The notes below the pieces were generated by a model, which did not search any database, was not told the origin of the DNA, and saw only the letters and a list, made by a program, of their open reading frames with translations. Below, piece by piece: positions 46,847 through 57,350 of a DNA stretch of 64,000 bases. Numbering within the stretch: the first letter of the stretch is position 1; each line of letters begins with the position of its first letter. Origin of the DNA: Arthrobacter sp. Its GTDB lineage: Bacteria; Actinomycetota; Actinomycetes; Actinomycetales; Micrococcaceae. The position numbers and the translations under genes are program-made. Location of the stretch: assembly GCA_026393275.1 (NCBI GenBank), contig JAPLAM010000045.1, positions 74,795 to 138,794 on the forward strand, given 5' to 3'.

Positions 46847-49180
46847 ATGGCTCTCATCACGTCGGACCGCGCCAGGTTCCCCAACGATCCCTGGCAGCTC
46901 GTGGAAACCGTCCACCTGCCAGGCAACGCCGGAGCCCTGGAAACCCTCTTCAGCCTCGGCAACGGCCACCTGGGCATCCGGGGCGCGCACTGGGCCGCCG
47001 CCGATGCCGAACTTCCGGGCAGCTTCATCAACGGCTTCCACGAGATCTGGGATATCAAGCACGCCGAAAACGCCTACGGCTTCGCCCGCACGGGCCAGCG
47101 CATCCTCTATATCCCGGACGCCAACAACTTCGTCGTGGTGGTCGACGGCGAACTGCTCACCCTGGCGGAGTCCACGGTCCTGGACTACCGGCGGAGTGTG
47201 GACTTCGCCACCGGCATGTACGAATGCCGGATCGTCTGGCAGTGCCGTTCCGGGGCCACCGTGACCACCACCGAACGCCGCGCGGTGGGGTACGAGGCCC
47301 GCGGTGCCCTCGGTATCTCACTGGAAGTAGCGGCCGACCGTGACATCTCCGCCGACGTGACCTCCGCCGTCGTGAACCGGCAGGACCAGCCGACGGGCGA
47401 CCACTCGGCCCATGACCCGCGCCGCGCCGGCCGGCACGCCGGACGCGTGCTGCTTCCGGTGCGGCTCGACGGCGGTGACGGCTCGCTCCGGCTGTCCTGG
47501 GAGACCGCCGAGTCCAAGCAGCGGCTCGGCATGGCCGTGGACCACTGGACCTCCGCCGGCGTCCAGCCGTTCGATACCCTGATCGACCAGGACGACAGCA
47601 GCGTCCGCTACGTCCTCGCCATCGGCGCGGACGCGCCGTTCGTGCTGGAGAAAAGCGTCAGCTACGCGGTGGGCTGGGCGGGCGACGAGGACCTCGCCGA
47701 CACCGCCGAAGCCGGCCTGCTGCCGGTGGCCGAGATCTTCGCCCAGAGCCAGGCACACTACCGCGACTACTGGACCACCAGCGACATCGTGGTGGGCGGC
47801 CAGGCCGAACTGCAGCAGGCCGTCCGCTGGAACCTCTTCCAGCTGGCCCAGGCCACTGCCTGCGCCGACGTCGCCGGCATCCCTGCCAAGGGTGTGTCCG
47901 GCTCCGGCTACGACGGACACTACTTCTGGGACCAGGAGGTGTACCTGCTGCCCTACCTGACCTACACCAGTCCCGGCAACGCCCGCCAGGTCCTCGAATT
48001 CCGCCACCAACTGCTCCCCGAAGCCCGGGTCCGGGCCAAGGAGCTCAGCGTGGACGGCGCCCTGTTCCCCTGGCGCACCATCAACGGCCTGGAGGCCAGC
48101 GCCTACTACGCCGCCGGCACCGCGCAGTTCCACATCGCCGCCGCGATTGCCTTCGCCACGAACCGCTACAGCTGGGCCACCGGGGACACGGAATTCAAGG
48201 AGACCCTTGGCGCCGAACTGCTGATCGAGACGGCGCGGATGTGGGCCTCGCTGGGCTTCTTCGGCAAGGACGGGCTGTTCCACATCCACGGCGTCACCGG
48301 CCCCGACGAGTACACCGCCGTCGTCAACGACAACCTGTACACCAACGTCATGGCCCGCTTCAATCTGCGTGCCGCCGCGGCGCTGGACCACCCGGCGATC
48401 GACGACGCCGAGCGGGAGCTCTGGGAGCAGGCCGCGAACCGGATGCAGCTGCCCTACGACGAGGACCTCCAGGTCTACTCGCAGGACAACGACTTCATGA
48501 CCCTCGAGCCGTGGGACTGGGACACGCCGCGGTCCAAGTACCCGCTGTTGCTGAACTTCCACCCGCTGGTGATCTACCGGCACCAGGTCCTCAAACAGGC
48601 TGACACGGTCCTGGCGATGTTTCTGCTCTGGCAGGACTTCAACGCCGAGGAGAAGCGCCGCGCCTTCGACTTCTACGACCCGATCACCACCGGCGACTCC
48701 ACCCTGTCCGCCTGCGTGCAGGGCATCATGGCCGCGGAAGTGGGCCACAGCAACGCCGCGCTGGGGCACTTCATCCACGCCCTGTACATCGATCTTGACG
48801 ACACCCACGGCAACACGATCGACGGCGTGCACATCGCCTCCGCCGGCGGGGTCTGGAGCGCGCTGGTCAGCGGATTCGCAGGGCTCCGGGACCAGGGCGA
48901 AGTTCCTTATTTCGATCCGCGGCTGCCCGCCGACTGGGATTCCCTGGACTTTCACCTGATGCTCCGGGGCGGGCTGCTGCACGTCGAACTGGACCACACG
49001 GCGCTCCGCCTGACCCTCGGGGACGCCTCGCCGATGGAGGTCAATGTGCGGGGTGAACGGTTCACGGTCGGGAGCGAACCGGTGAACGTGCCGCTCCACG
49101 CCGTCGTAAGCCCGCCGCCCACGGTGTTCCCCAGCGGACCGCCGACGTCGTCGATGCCGGTGGTCCGCGCCCTCAGTTGA
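46847..49180 (+). CDS. Glycoside hydrolase family 65 (disaccharide phosphorylase)
   Basis: 'GYDGHYFWDQE', catalytic 'GPDEY', 'KQAD', 'DSTLS'. Confidence 0.93.
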   Translation: MALITSDRARFPNDPWQLVETVHLPGNAGALETLFSLGNGHLGIRGAHWAAADAELPGSFINGFHEIWDIKHAENAYGFARTGQRILYIPDANNFVVVVDGELLTLAESTVLDYRRSVDFATGMYECRIVWQCRSGATVTTTERRAVGYEARGALGISLEVAADRDISADVTSAVVNRQDQPTGDHSAHDPRRAGRHAGRVLLPVRLDGGDGSLRLSWETAESKQRLGMAVDHWTSAGVQPFDTLIDQDDSSVRYVLAIGADAPFVLEKSVSYAVGWAGDEDLADTAEAGLLPVAEIFAQSQAHYRDYWTTSDIVVGGQAELQQAVRWNLFQLAQATACADVAGIPAKGVSGSGYDGHYFWDQEVYLLPYLTYTSPGNARQVLEFRHQLLPEARVRAKELSVDGALFPWRTINGLEASAYYAAGTAQFHIAAAIAFATNRYSWATGDTEFKETLGAELLIETARMWASLGFFGKDGLFHIHGVTGPDEYTAVVNDNLYTNVMARFNLRAAAALDHPAIDDAERELWEQAANRMQLPYDEDLQVYSQDNDFMTLEPWDWDTPRSKYPLLLNFHPLVIYRHQVLKQADTVLAMFLLWQDFNAEEKRRAFDFYDPITTGDSTLSACVQGIMAAEVGHSNAALGHFIHALYIDLDDTHGNTIDGVHIASAGGVWSALVSGFAGLRDQGEVPYFDPRLPADWDSLDFHLMLRGGLLHVELDHTALRLTLGDASPMEVNVRGERFTVGSEPVNVPLHAVVSPPPTVFPSGPPTSSMPVVRALS

Positions 49181-49221
49181 GCGGCGGTCCGGCGCTTCCC
49201 GGAATTAAAGTTCCCACGACT

Positions 49222-49248
49222 TGTCCTCTTGGCGACATCCCGACCGTC
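49222..49248 (+). promoter_or_regulatory. Candidate ECF42 promoter TGTCCT-N17-CGTC
   Basis: Resembles reported ECF42 TGTCGA...CGTC-like motif; upstream of the DGPF gene. Confidence 0.45.
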
Positions 49249-49281
49249 GTACAGGTGTAGCAACCCCAAGAAGGAGTCATC

Positions 49282-49617
49282 GTGGAATACATGCTTTTCA
49301 TCTGTAACGATCCCGCAGCGCCGGAATATGTGGCCGCCGAAGATAACATCGTGGAATGGGCGGCCGAGATGGAATCGCGCGGCGTCGCCCGCCACGGCGA
49401 CCGGTTGCGTCCGGTCGAGGATGCCACCATAGTCACCGTGCGCGGCGGTGAGGTGGTGGTCTCGGACGGGCCGTTTGCGGAGACGAAGGAGTGGATCGCG
49501 GGCTATGACGTTATCGCGTGCGCGGATCTCGACGAGGCCATCGAGGTGGCGTCGAAACACCCGATGGCACGGTTCGGCAAGATCGAGATCAGGCCCGTGT
49601 GGCCGCTCGGGCTGTAG
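49282..49617 (+). CDS. YciI/DGPF-family protein
   Basis: 'SDGPFAETKEWIAGY'; AAGGAG SD. Confidence 0.92.
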   Translation: MEYMLFICNDPAAPEYVAAEDNIVEWAAEMESRGVARHGDRLRPVEDATIVTVRGGEVVVSDGPFAETKEWIAGYDVIACADLDEAIEVASKHPMARFGKIEIRPVWPLGL

Positions 49618-49661
49618 CCGCCCGGCCGACGCGTGACGCTGATGATGCCAGGACTGACGGC

Positions 49662-51005
49662 TTGGAACCGGGCCTGACGGAGGCGCGGGCGGCCGTCGAG
49701 GCTGCCTCCGCCACGGACACCGCGCTCATCACAGCCACCCTGATCCGCATCACCGGCGACTGGACCCTGGCCGAGGACTGTGTCCAGGATGCGTTTGCTC
49801 GCGCGCTCGTCGACTGGCCGGAGCGTGGAGTCCCCAGGAATCCGGGGGCATGGCTGACAACCGTGGCCAAGAACCGGGCGATCGACCGGATGCGGAGTGC
49901 GGCCACCGAAAAGAGGGCGGTCCGGGACCTGGCGGTCCTTGCGGAGCTCGAAGTGCCGGCCGCCGAGGGCTTCAGCGATCCGGCGGCCGACGACGACCGG
50001 CTGCGGCTGATCCACACCTGTTGCCACCCGGCCCTGCCGCTCGAAGCCCGGGTGGCATTGACGCTGCGCACGGTCGCGGGGCTGACGACAGCTGAGATCG
50101 CACGCGCGTTCCTGGTCTCGGAGGCCACCATGTCGAAAAGGCTGGTCCGGGCCCGGGCCAAGATACGGAATGCGGGGATCCCGTACCGGGTGCCGCCGCC
50201 CGAGCTAATCCACGAGCGCACGGGCGGGATACTGGCCGTGCTCTACCTGATGTTCAACGAGGGCTATTCGGCCACCGGCGGGGACTCAGTGGGCCGCGAA
50301 CCTCTTGTCCGGGAAGCGATCCGCCTCACCCGCCTGCTGGCTGCGCTGCTGGATGGCGCCCCGCAAGAGCCCGAGGCTTTGGGTCTCCTGGCGCTCATGC
50401 TGTTCCACCACGCCAGGCGAAGGACACGCACCGACGCCGCAGGGGACCTGGTGACGCTGGAGCATCAGGACCGCGGATCCTGGGACCGGGCGGCGACGGC
50501 GGAGGCGGTGGCGCTGCTGGCCGCAGCGGACCGGATTGGCGTTGCCCGCAGGACCGGGAGCGGGAGCTACCGTGTCCAGGCCGCCATCGCCGCGTGCCAC
50601 ATGACGGCCCCCGATGCTGGGAGTACCGACTACGCACGAGTGGCCTTGCTGTACGAGGATCTTGCGCGGATTGCCCCGTCCCCGGTCGTTGAGCTCAACC
50701 GAGCCGTCGCCGTCGCCATGTCCCAAGGACCGGCGGCGGGGCTCGACCTCATCGACCGGCTGGACCAAGCACGTTCCCTCGAGGGGTACTACCTCGTGCC
50801 GGCCGCGAAAGCTGACCTCCTGCGCCGCCTTGGCAGAAGGACAGAGGCCAGCCGGGAATATCAGCGGGCCCGGGACCTCGCACCGTCCGAGGCGGAACGC
50901 CGCTACCTCAGCAGGCGCCTGGCGGAAACCAGCGCAGGGCCTGCGCATCCATTTGAATCCGACCAGAACCAGCGCCCGGCTGCCGCCGGGAAGGAGAGAA
51001 AATGA
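49662..51005 (+). CDS. ECF42-type RNA polymerase sigma factor with C-terminal TPR-like extension (start uncertain)
   Basis: 'AEDCVQDAF..AL..WP..G.P.NPGAWL', 'DDRLRLI..CCHPAL', 'SPVVELNRAVA'; DGPF neighbours. Confidence 0.88.
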   Translation: MEPGLTEARAAVEAASATDTALITATLIRITGDWTLAEDCVQDAFARALVDWPERGVPRNPGAWLTTVAKNRAIDRMRSAATEKRAVRDLAVLAELEVPAAEGFSDPAADDDRLRLIHTCCHPALPLEARVALTLRTVAGLTTAEIARAFLVSEATMSKRLVRARAKIRNAGIPYRVPPPELIHERTGGILAVLYLMFNEGYSATGGDSVGREPLVREAIRLTRLLAALLDGAPQEPEALGLLALMLFHHARRRTRTDAAGDLVTLEHQDRGSWDRAATAEAVALLAAADRIGVARRTGSGSYRVQAAIAACHMTAPDAGSTDYARVALLYEDLARIAPSPVVELNRAVAVAMSQGPAAGLDLIDRLDQARSLEGYYLVPAAKADLLRRLGRRTEASREYQRARDLAPSEAERRYLSRRLAETSAGPAHPFESDQNQRPAAAGKERK

Positions 51006-51340
51006 AACACCTCTTGCTCATCCAAAACAATGTTGACACCTGGAACGAACTCCCGACGTCCGAGATCGAGGGGATCATGCGGGCCCACGCTGCCGTGCAA
51101 CAGGAACTCAGGGCGACCGGAGAGTTTGTCGAGGCCCATGAGCTCGGCGAAGAAGCCAAATTCGTACGAAATGGCGCCGGCACTTACAGCGTGACCGACG
51201 GTCCGTTCATCGAGACAAAGGAAATCGTGGCCGGGTATTACATCGTCGACTGCGCGGACATGGGCCGCGCCGTGGAAATTGCCGCCAAGTTCGGAGAGGC
51301 CAGGCTGTGGCCGATCGAGGTACGCCGAATCGACCCCTGA
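51002..51340 (+). CDS. Second YciI/DGPF-family protein
   Basis: 'TDGPFIETKEIVAGY'; ATGA overlap with sigma stop. Confidence 0.9.
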   Translation: MKHLLLIQNNVDTWNELPTSEIEGIMRAHAAVQQELRATGEFVEAHELGEEAKFVRNGAGTYSVTDGPFIETKEIVAGYYIVDCADMGRAVEIAAKFGEARLWPIEVRRIDP

Positions 51341-51401
51341 CCAAAAACCGGTCGACGTCGCGCGTACCGGCGGCGAGCGAGGCGGGAGGCATACTGTGAA
51401 C

Positions 51402-51845
51402 ATGAAATTCATAACGACCATCCAGGGCAGCGACACCAAAGCGGGCATCGAGGTCCCCGAGGACATCGTCAACGCACTCGATGCCGGCAGGCGCCCGCCG
51501 GTGGTCGTGACCATCAACGGCCACAGCTACCGCAGCAGCATCGCGGTGATGGGCGGCAAGAACATGGTGGGAGTCAGCGCGGCCAACCGTGAGCTGACGG
51601 CCACTTCCGCCGGGGACACCGTGGAGGTGGACCTCGCACTGGACACGCAGCCGCGGGTTATCGAGGTCCCCGACGACCTCGTCGCCGCCTTGGATGCGGA
51701 ACCCCAGGCGAAGGCCTTCTACGCAACGCTGAACTACAGCAGCCAGCGTCGGTACGTAGAGCCGATCGCCGACGCTAAAACGGCCGACACCCGCGCCCGC
51801 CGGATCGCCAAGATCGTCACCGACCTCAAGGCAGGCAAGAAGTAG
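51402..51845 (+). CDS. DUF1905 plus YdeI/OmpD-associated domain protein
   Basis: 'PVVVTING..YRSSIAVMGG', 'VPDDL.AAL...A.AFY..LNYS.QRRY..I..AK...TRARRI'. Confidence 0.88.
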   Translation: MKFITTIQGSDTKAGIEVPEDIVNALDAGRRPPVVVTINGHSYRSSIAVMGGKNMVGVSAANRELTATSAGDTVEVDLALDTQPRVIEVPDDLVAALDAEPQAKAFYATLNYSSQRRYVEPIADAKTADTRARRIAKIVTDLKAGKK

Positions 51846-51968
51846 CCCGGGCTTTGGCAGTGGCCGTCGGGCGCCGGCGGCCCGGGGTGCCCGGAACAGC
51901 CGGCCGTGCCGTGGCCTAGTGTTAAGTGCGGACGAAAGTTCAGCACCCTTATGGTTTACGGAGAGGCG

Positions 51969-52820
51969 ATGATGGCCAAGCGCAGCAACCCGGCAATGAA
52001 AATTGCCCAGAAGACCGCCCACAGCGCAATGTTCGACGCCGACGGCAAGCCCAAGCCGGGCGTCCACAACATGCTCTTGCGCGCGGTGGAAATCCAGCGG
52101 CCGCTGGTCCTGGCGAACCTGCGCCGGCTGCAGCGGAAGCACCCCCATGCCACCGCAGCGCAGCTCGCCGCCACGTTGGAACGCAATTACCTGGCCGCCG
52201 TCACCGGCGGCGGGGCTCTCGTCGGCGGCTCCGCCGTCATCCCCGGTGTCGGCACCGTGGCCGCCCTGGGGCTCTCAGCCGTGGCGACCGTCGGCTTCCT
52301 GGAGGCCACCGCGCTGTACGCCACCTCGCTGGCGGAACTCCACGGCGTGCGGATGGTGGATCCGGAGAAAGCCAGCACCCTGGTCATGGCCATCATGCTC
52401 GGCGAGGAAGGCACTGCGCTGCTGAGTTCCCTGAGCGGCCAGGCGGCCGGCCAGGGCTCCGGACCCACGCAGGCCTGGGGTACGCTGTTCGCGCGCCGCG
52501 GGCCGCTGATCGGGTTCGGCTCGGTGCGGCAGCGGATCCAGCAGGCCTTCCTGCGGAACCTGCTCAAGCGCCAGGGCACCGCGTTGCTGGGCCGGGCGCT
52601 GCCCTTCGGCGTCGGCGCCGTGGTCGGCGGCGTCGGCAACCGGATCATGGGACGCGCCGTCGTCGCAAACGCCAAGGAGGCCTTCGGCGCCATGCCGGAA
52701 ACCATCCCCGGTGAACTGACGTCCGGAGCGTCCGGCGAAGGCCGCCCGGCGGAGCCGGCAATGGCGCTGCAAGCCGGAGACCCGGCATCGAAAGGCGGTC
52801 CCCGTGGATCTGAACGCTGA
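51969..52820 (+). CDS. Hypothetical protein (EcsC-like membrane-associated)
   Basis: Gly/Ala-rich hydrophobic hairpins 'GGSAVIPGVGT' and 'ALPFGVGAVVGG.GN'. Confidence 0.7.
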   Translation: MMAKRSNPAMKIAQKTAHSAMFDADGKPKPGVHNMLLRAVEIQRPLVLANLRRLQRKHPHATAAQLAATLERNYLAAVTGGGALVGGSAVIPGVGTVAALGLSAVATVGFLEATALYATSLAELHGVRMVDPEKASTLVMAIMLGEEGTALLSSLSGQAAGQGSGPTQAWGTLFARRGPLIGFGSVRQRIQQAFLRNLLKRQGTALLGRALPFGVGAVVGGVGNRIMGRAVVANAKEAFGAMPETIPGELTSGASGEGRPAEPAMALQAGDPASKGGPRGSER

Positions 52821-53553
52821 CCTGGGGGAGTCCTTCGGCTCCTGGACCATGGGCGATGACGCGGCGATGTTCCCGCTCGTCACCAGCGCCAGCGCGGCCT
52901 GCGGTGTGTACGGCGGGGACCCCGTCACCATGCTCGACACCTGCCGCGCGGCCTACGAACTCGACGTCAACGTCGGGGCCCATCTGGGCTACCCGGACCT
53001 GGGCGGCTTCGGCCTCCGGGCGATGGACATGACCTTCGACGACCTGTTCGGGTTGGTCCTCTACCAGCTTGGGGCGCTCGACGGCGTGGCGCATGCGGTG
53101 GGCGCCTCGGTGGACTACGTCAAAGTGCACGGCGGCCTCTACGACCGTACGGTGCACGACGCCGAACAGGCCTCCGCCGTCGTCGCAGCCGTCCAGGCCT
53201 ACGACCCGGGGCTGCCGATCCTTGGCCTGGAGGGCTCGGTCCTGCTCGCAGCCGCCCGGGAGGCCGGCCATCCCGTGTTCCATGAAGCCTTCGCCGACCG
53301 CGCCTACCTTCCGGACGGCACCCTGGTGCCTCGGCTGGAGGAGGAATCGGTGATTGAGGACCCCGACGAGATCGTTGAGCGGGCGCTCCGCCTGGCCCTC
53401 AAGGGCGAGGTCCTGGCAGTGGACGGAACCGTTGTCAGGCTCACGCCCCATTCCCTGTGCCTGCACGGCGATACCCCCGGTGCGGTGGCCGCGGCCGCCG
53501 CCGTCCGCGCCGCGCTGGAGCAGGCCGGCGTGGAGCTGGAGTCCTTCGCCTAA
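52804..53553 (+). CDS. pxpA: LamB/YcsF (5-oxoprolinase subunit A-like), divergent motifs
   Basis: 'DLNADLGES', 'EAFADRAY..DG.LVPR', 'SLCLHGD'. Confidence 0.85.
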   Translation: MDLNADLGESFGSWTMGDDAAMFPLVTSASAACGVYGGDPVTMLDTCRAAYELDVNVGAHLGYPDLGGFGLRAMDMTFDDLFGLVLYQLGALDGVAHAVGASVDYVKVHGGLYDRTVHDAEQASAVVAAVQAYDPGLPILGLEGSVLLAAAREAGHPVFHEAFADRAYLPDGTLVPRLEEESVIEDPDEIVERALRLALKGEVLAVDGTVVRLTPHSLCLHGDTPGAVAAAAAVRAALEQAGVELESFA

Positions 53554-53639
53554 GCCAACTTCCCGTCCGGCCCGTCGCGCGGCAGCCAAGGGGCCGTAAG
53601 GCCCTATCCGGGCCCTAACACGGGCCATAACTTGAGGGC

Positions 53640-56600
53640 ATGACTGCCGGAGGCTCCGCGGGGTTGGACGGACCCGCCTCGGATGCGATGTTGAAGCTGG
53701 GCCGATTCTTCACGAAGTGGGACCAGACCGACGACGGCAGGGCGGTGTTCCGGGAAGGCGGCCGCAAGGGCGACATCTTCTACCGCGACAGGTGGAGCCA
53801 CGACAAGGTGGTCCGCTCCACCCACGGGGTGAACTGCACCGGGTCCTGCTCCTGGAAGGTGTACGTCAAGGACGGCATCATCACCTGGGAATCCCAGCAG
53901 ACCGATTACCCGTCGGTGGGCCCGGACAGCCCGGAATACGAGCCGCGAGGCTGCCCGCGCGGGGCCGCCTTCTCCTGGTACACGTACTCGCCCACCCGGG
54001 TCCGGTTCCCGTACGCCCGCGGCGTGCTCGTCGAGATGTACCGGGAGGCCAAGGCCCGGCTGCGCGACCCCGTGCTGGCCTTCGCCGACGTCGTGGGCGA
54101 CCCGGAGCGGCGCCGCCGCTACCAGCAGGCCCGCGGCAAGGGCGGCCTGGTCCGCGTTTCCTGGCAGGAAGCGATCGAGATCGCCGCCGCCGCGCACGTC
54201 AACACGATCAAGACCTACGGACCGGACCGCTGCGCCGGGTTCTCGCCGATCCCCGCGATGTCCATGGTCTCGCACGCCGTGGGCACCCGTTTCATCCAGC
54301 TGATCGGCGGGGTGATGACGTCCTTCTACGACTGGTACGCGGACCTGCCCGTGGCCAGCCCGCAGGTCTTCGGCGACCAGACCGATGTCCCCGAGTCCGG
54401 CGACTGGTGGGACGCGCGCTACCTCATGATGTGGGGCTCCAACGTCCCTGTGACCCGGACCCCGGACGCGCACTGGATGGCCGAGGTGCGGTACCGCGGC
54501 ACCAAGGTGGTCACGGTCAGCCCGGACTACGCGGACAACACCAAGTTCGCCGACGAATGGCTCCCCGCCCAGGCCGGAACCGACGCCGCACTTGCCATGG
54601 CGATGGGGCACGTCATGCTGAAGGAATTCTTCGTGGACCGCGACGTCCCGTTCTTCTCCGACTACGTGCGGCAGTACACGGACCTGCCATTCCTGGTCCG
54701 TTTGGAACGGCGCGACGACGGCGCCCTCACCCCGTCCAAGTTCCTCACCGCCCGCGACCTCCCTGCCGAGTCCGGGGCCGAGGACGCGGCCTTCCGCACC
54801 GTGCTGTTCGACAAGAAGGCCGGGCGGCCAGCGGTGCCCAACGGGTCCATGGGGTTCCGGTACTCGGCCAGCGGCGAGGGCAAATGGAACCTGGATCTCG
54901 ACGGCATCGAGCCGGCGCTGTCGCTCCGCGAGGTCTCGGCCGAGAGCGCCGAAATCCTGCTGCCCTGCTTTGAGGACGCCGACGGCGCCGGCAGCGTCCT
55001 CCGGCGCGGCGTGCCCGTCATCGAGGTGGACGGCCAACTGGTCACCACCGTCTTCGACCTCATGCTGGCCCAGTACGGCGTGGGCCGTGAGGGTCTGCCG
55101 GGGGACTGGGCCAAGGGCTACGACGACGCCGCGACCCCCTACACCCCGGCCTGGCAGGAAGAGATCACCTCCGTCCCGGCGCAGGCCTGCATCCGGGTGG
55201 CCCGCGAATTCGCCCGCAACGCCGAACAGTCCAAGGGCCGGTCCATGATCATCATGGGCGCCGGGATCTGCCAGTGGTTCCACGGCGACGCCACCTACCG
55301 GGCCGTGCTGGCCCTGGTGATGCTGACCGGCTGCATGGGCCGCAACGGCGGCGGCTGGGCGCACTACGTCGGCCAGGAAAAGACCCGCCCCGCCACCGGC
55401 TGGGTGTCCCTGGCGAACGCGCTGGACTGGTCCCGGCCGCCGCGGACCATGATCGGCACCGGCTACTGGTACATGCACACGGACCAGTGGCGGCAGGACG
55501 GCTACTCCGCGGACGCGCTGAAATCCCCGCTGTCCACCGGTGCCCTGGACGGCATGCACACCGCGGACGCGATGGCCCAGTCCGCGCGGCTCGGCTGGAT
55601 GCCGTTCTACCCGCAATTCGACCGCAACCCGCTGGACCTCGCCGACGAGGCGGAGGCCGCCGTCGCCGCCGGGACCGCGAAGGACACCCCCGGCTACATC
55701 GCGGACGCCCTCAAGAACCGCACCCTGAACCCGGCGATCGAGGACGTGGATGCCCCGGAAAACTGGCCGCGGACCCTCGTGCTGTGGCGCTCCAACCTGT
55801 TCGGCTCCTCGGCCAAGGGCAACGAGTACTTCCTGCGGAACCTGCTGGGCACCCACAACAACGTCCTGGGCAAGGACCACGCCGAAGGGCTCAAACCCCG
55901 CGACGTGAAATGGCACGAGCAGGCGCCGGAAGGGAAGCTGGACCTGCTGGTCTCCGCCGACTTCAGGATGACCTCCACCACGCTGCTGTCCGACGTCGTG
56001 TTCCCGGCCGCCACCTGGTACGAGAAGCACGACTTGTCCTCCACCGACATGCACCCGTTTGTGCACGCCTTCACCCCGGCGATCGACCCGCCGTGGGAAA
56101 CCAAGACGGACTTCGACACCTTCCACCTGCTGGCGCAGGAGTTCTCCCGGATGGCGAAAACCCACCTGGGCGTCCGCCGGGACCTGGTCAGCGTGCCGCT
56201 GCAGCATGACACCCCCGGCCAACTCGCCCAGCCCGGCGGGATCGTCCGCGACTGGCGGGACGCGTCCATCCCGGCCGTCCCCGGGCAGAACATGCCCATT
56301 TTCTCCGTGGTGGAGCGGGACTACACCGCCATCGCCGACAAGCTGGCCGCCGTCGGGCCGCTGGCCGACAAACTCGGCTTCACGGTCAAGAACGTCACCT
56401 ACAAACTCGCCGGCCCGTTGGAACGGCTCAGCCGCGCCAACGGCGTGATGCTCGGCGGTGCCGCCGACGGCCGGCCGGCAATCGACACCGACGCGAAAAT
56501 GGCGGAGGCCATCCTCGCCTTCTCCGGGACCACCAACGGCGCCCTGTCCGTGCAGGGCTTCAAGGATCTGGAGGTCCGCACCGGCCGGAAACTGGCGGAC

Positions 56601-57350
56601 CTCTCCGAGGGTTCCGAGGAAAAGTTCATCACCTTCGCCCAGACCCAGGCCGGCCCGGTGCCGGTGATCACCTCGCCGGAGTGGTCCGGCTCCGAGACCG
56701 GCGGCCGGCGCTACGCCCCGTTCACCATCAACATCGAACGGCTCAAGCCCTTCCACACCCTGACCGGACGGATGCATTTCTTCCTGGACCACGACTGGAT
56801 GATTGACATCGGCGAGGCCCTGCCGATCTACCGGCCGCCGCTGGACATGCACCGCCTGTTCGGCGAACCGAAGCTTGGCCAGGACGGGTCCATGGAGGTG
56901 GTGGTCCGCTACCTGACGCCCCACTCCAAGTGGTCCATCCACTCCGAATACCAAGACAACCTGCTGATGCTCTCCTTGTCCCGCGGCGGCCCCACGGTGT
57001 GGATGAGCCCGGCGGACGCCGAATCCATCGAGGTCAAGGACAACGACTGGGTGGAGTGCGTCAACATCAACGGCGTCCTCGTGGCCAGGGCGATCGTCAG
57101 CCACCGGATGCCAGCCGGCGTGGTCTACGTGCACCACGCGCAGGAACGCACCATCGACGTGCCGAAGTCCGAGGCCACGGGACGGCGCGGCGGCATCCAC
57201 AACTCGGTCACCAGGCTGCTGGTCAAACCCTCGCACCTGATCGGCGGCTACGCCCAGCTGGCCTACGCGTTCAACTACCTTGGCCCCACCGGAAACCAGC
57301 GCGACATGGTGGCCACCGTCCGCCGTCGTTCCCAGGAGGTGCAGTACTGA
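53640..57350 (+). CDS. narG: Respiratory nitrate reductase alpha subunit
   Basis: 'STHGVNCTGSC', 'PRGCPRG', 'SFYDWYADLP', 'TPHSKWSIHS'. Confidence 0.98.
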   Translation: MTAGGSAGLDGPASDAMLKLGRFFTKWDQTDDGRAVFREGGRKGDIFYRDRWSHDKVVRSTHGVNCTGSCSWKVYVKDGIITWESQQTDYPSVGPDSPEYEPRGCPRGAAFSWYTYSPTRVRFPYARGVLVEMYREAKARLRDPVLAFADVVGDPERRRRYQQARGKGGLVRVSWQEAIEIAAAAHVNTIKTYGPDRCAGFSPIPAMSMVSHAVGTRFIQLIGGVMTSFYDWYADLPVASPQVFGDQTDVPESGDWWDARYLMMWGSNVPVTRTPDAHWMAEVRYRGTKVVTVSPDYADNTKFADEWLPAQAGTDAALAMAMGHVMLKEFFVDRDVPFFSDYVRQYTDLPFLVRLERRDDGALTPSKFLTARDLPAESGAEDAAFRTVLFDKKAGRPAVPNGSMGFRYSASGEGKWNLDLDGIEPALSLREVSAESAEILLPCFEDADGAGSVLRRGVPVIEVDGQLVTTVFDLMLAQYGVGREGLPGDWAKGYDDAATPYTPAWQEEITSVPAQACIRVAREFARNAEQSKGRSMIIMGAGICQWFHGDATYRAVLALVMLTGCMGRNGGGWAHYVGQEKTRPATGWVSLANALDWSRPPRTMIGTGYWYMHTDQWRQDGYSADALKSPLSTGALDGMHTADAMAQSARLGWMPFYPQFDRNPLDLADEAEAAVAAGTAKDTPGYIADALKNRTLNPAIEDVDAPENWPRTLVLWRSNLFGSSAKGNEYFLRNLLGTHNNVLGKDHAEGLKPRDVKWHEQAPEGKLDLLVSADFRMTSTTLLSDVVFPAATWYEKHDLSSTDMHPFVHAFTPAIDPPWETKTDFDTFHLLAQEFSRMAKTHLGVRRDLVSVPLQHDTPGQLAQPGGIVRDWRDASIPAVPGQNMPIFSVVERDYTAIADKLAAVGPLADKLGFTVKNVTYKLAGPLERLSRANGVMLGGAADGRPAIDTDAKMAEAILAFSGTTNGALSVQGFKDLEVRTGRKLADLSEGSEEKFITFAQTQAGPVPVITSPEWSGSETGGRRYAPFTINIERLKPFHTLTGRMHFFLDHDWMIDIGEALPIYRPPLDMHRLFGEPKLGQDGSMEVVVRYLTPHSKWSIHSEYQDNLLMLSLSRGGPTVWMSPADAESIEVKDNDWVECVNINGVLVARAIVSHRMPAGVVYVHHAQERTIDVPKSEATGRRGGIHNSVTRLLVKPSHLIGGYAQLAYAFNYLGPTGNQRDMVATVRRRSQEVQY

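Noticed and set aside
53604-57236. 1210-aa antisense ORF and similar long ORFs (34418-37084, 23866-25692, 47318-49099, 4563-6815)
   Set aside because: Shadow frames typical of high-GC coding DNA; they overlap well-supported genes and lack motifs.
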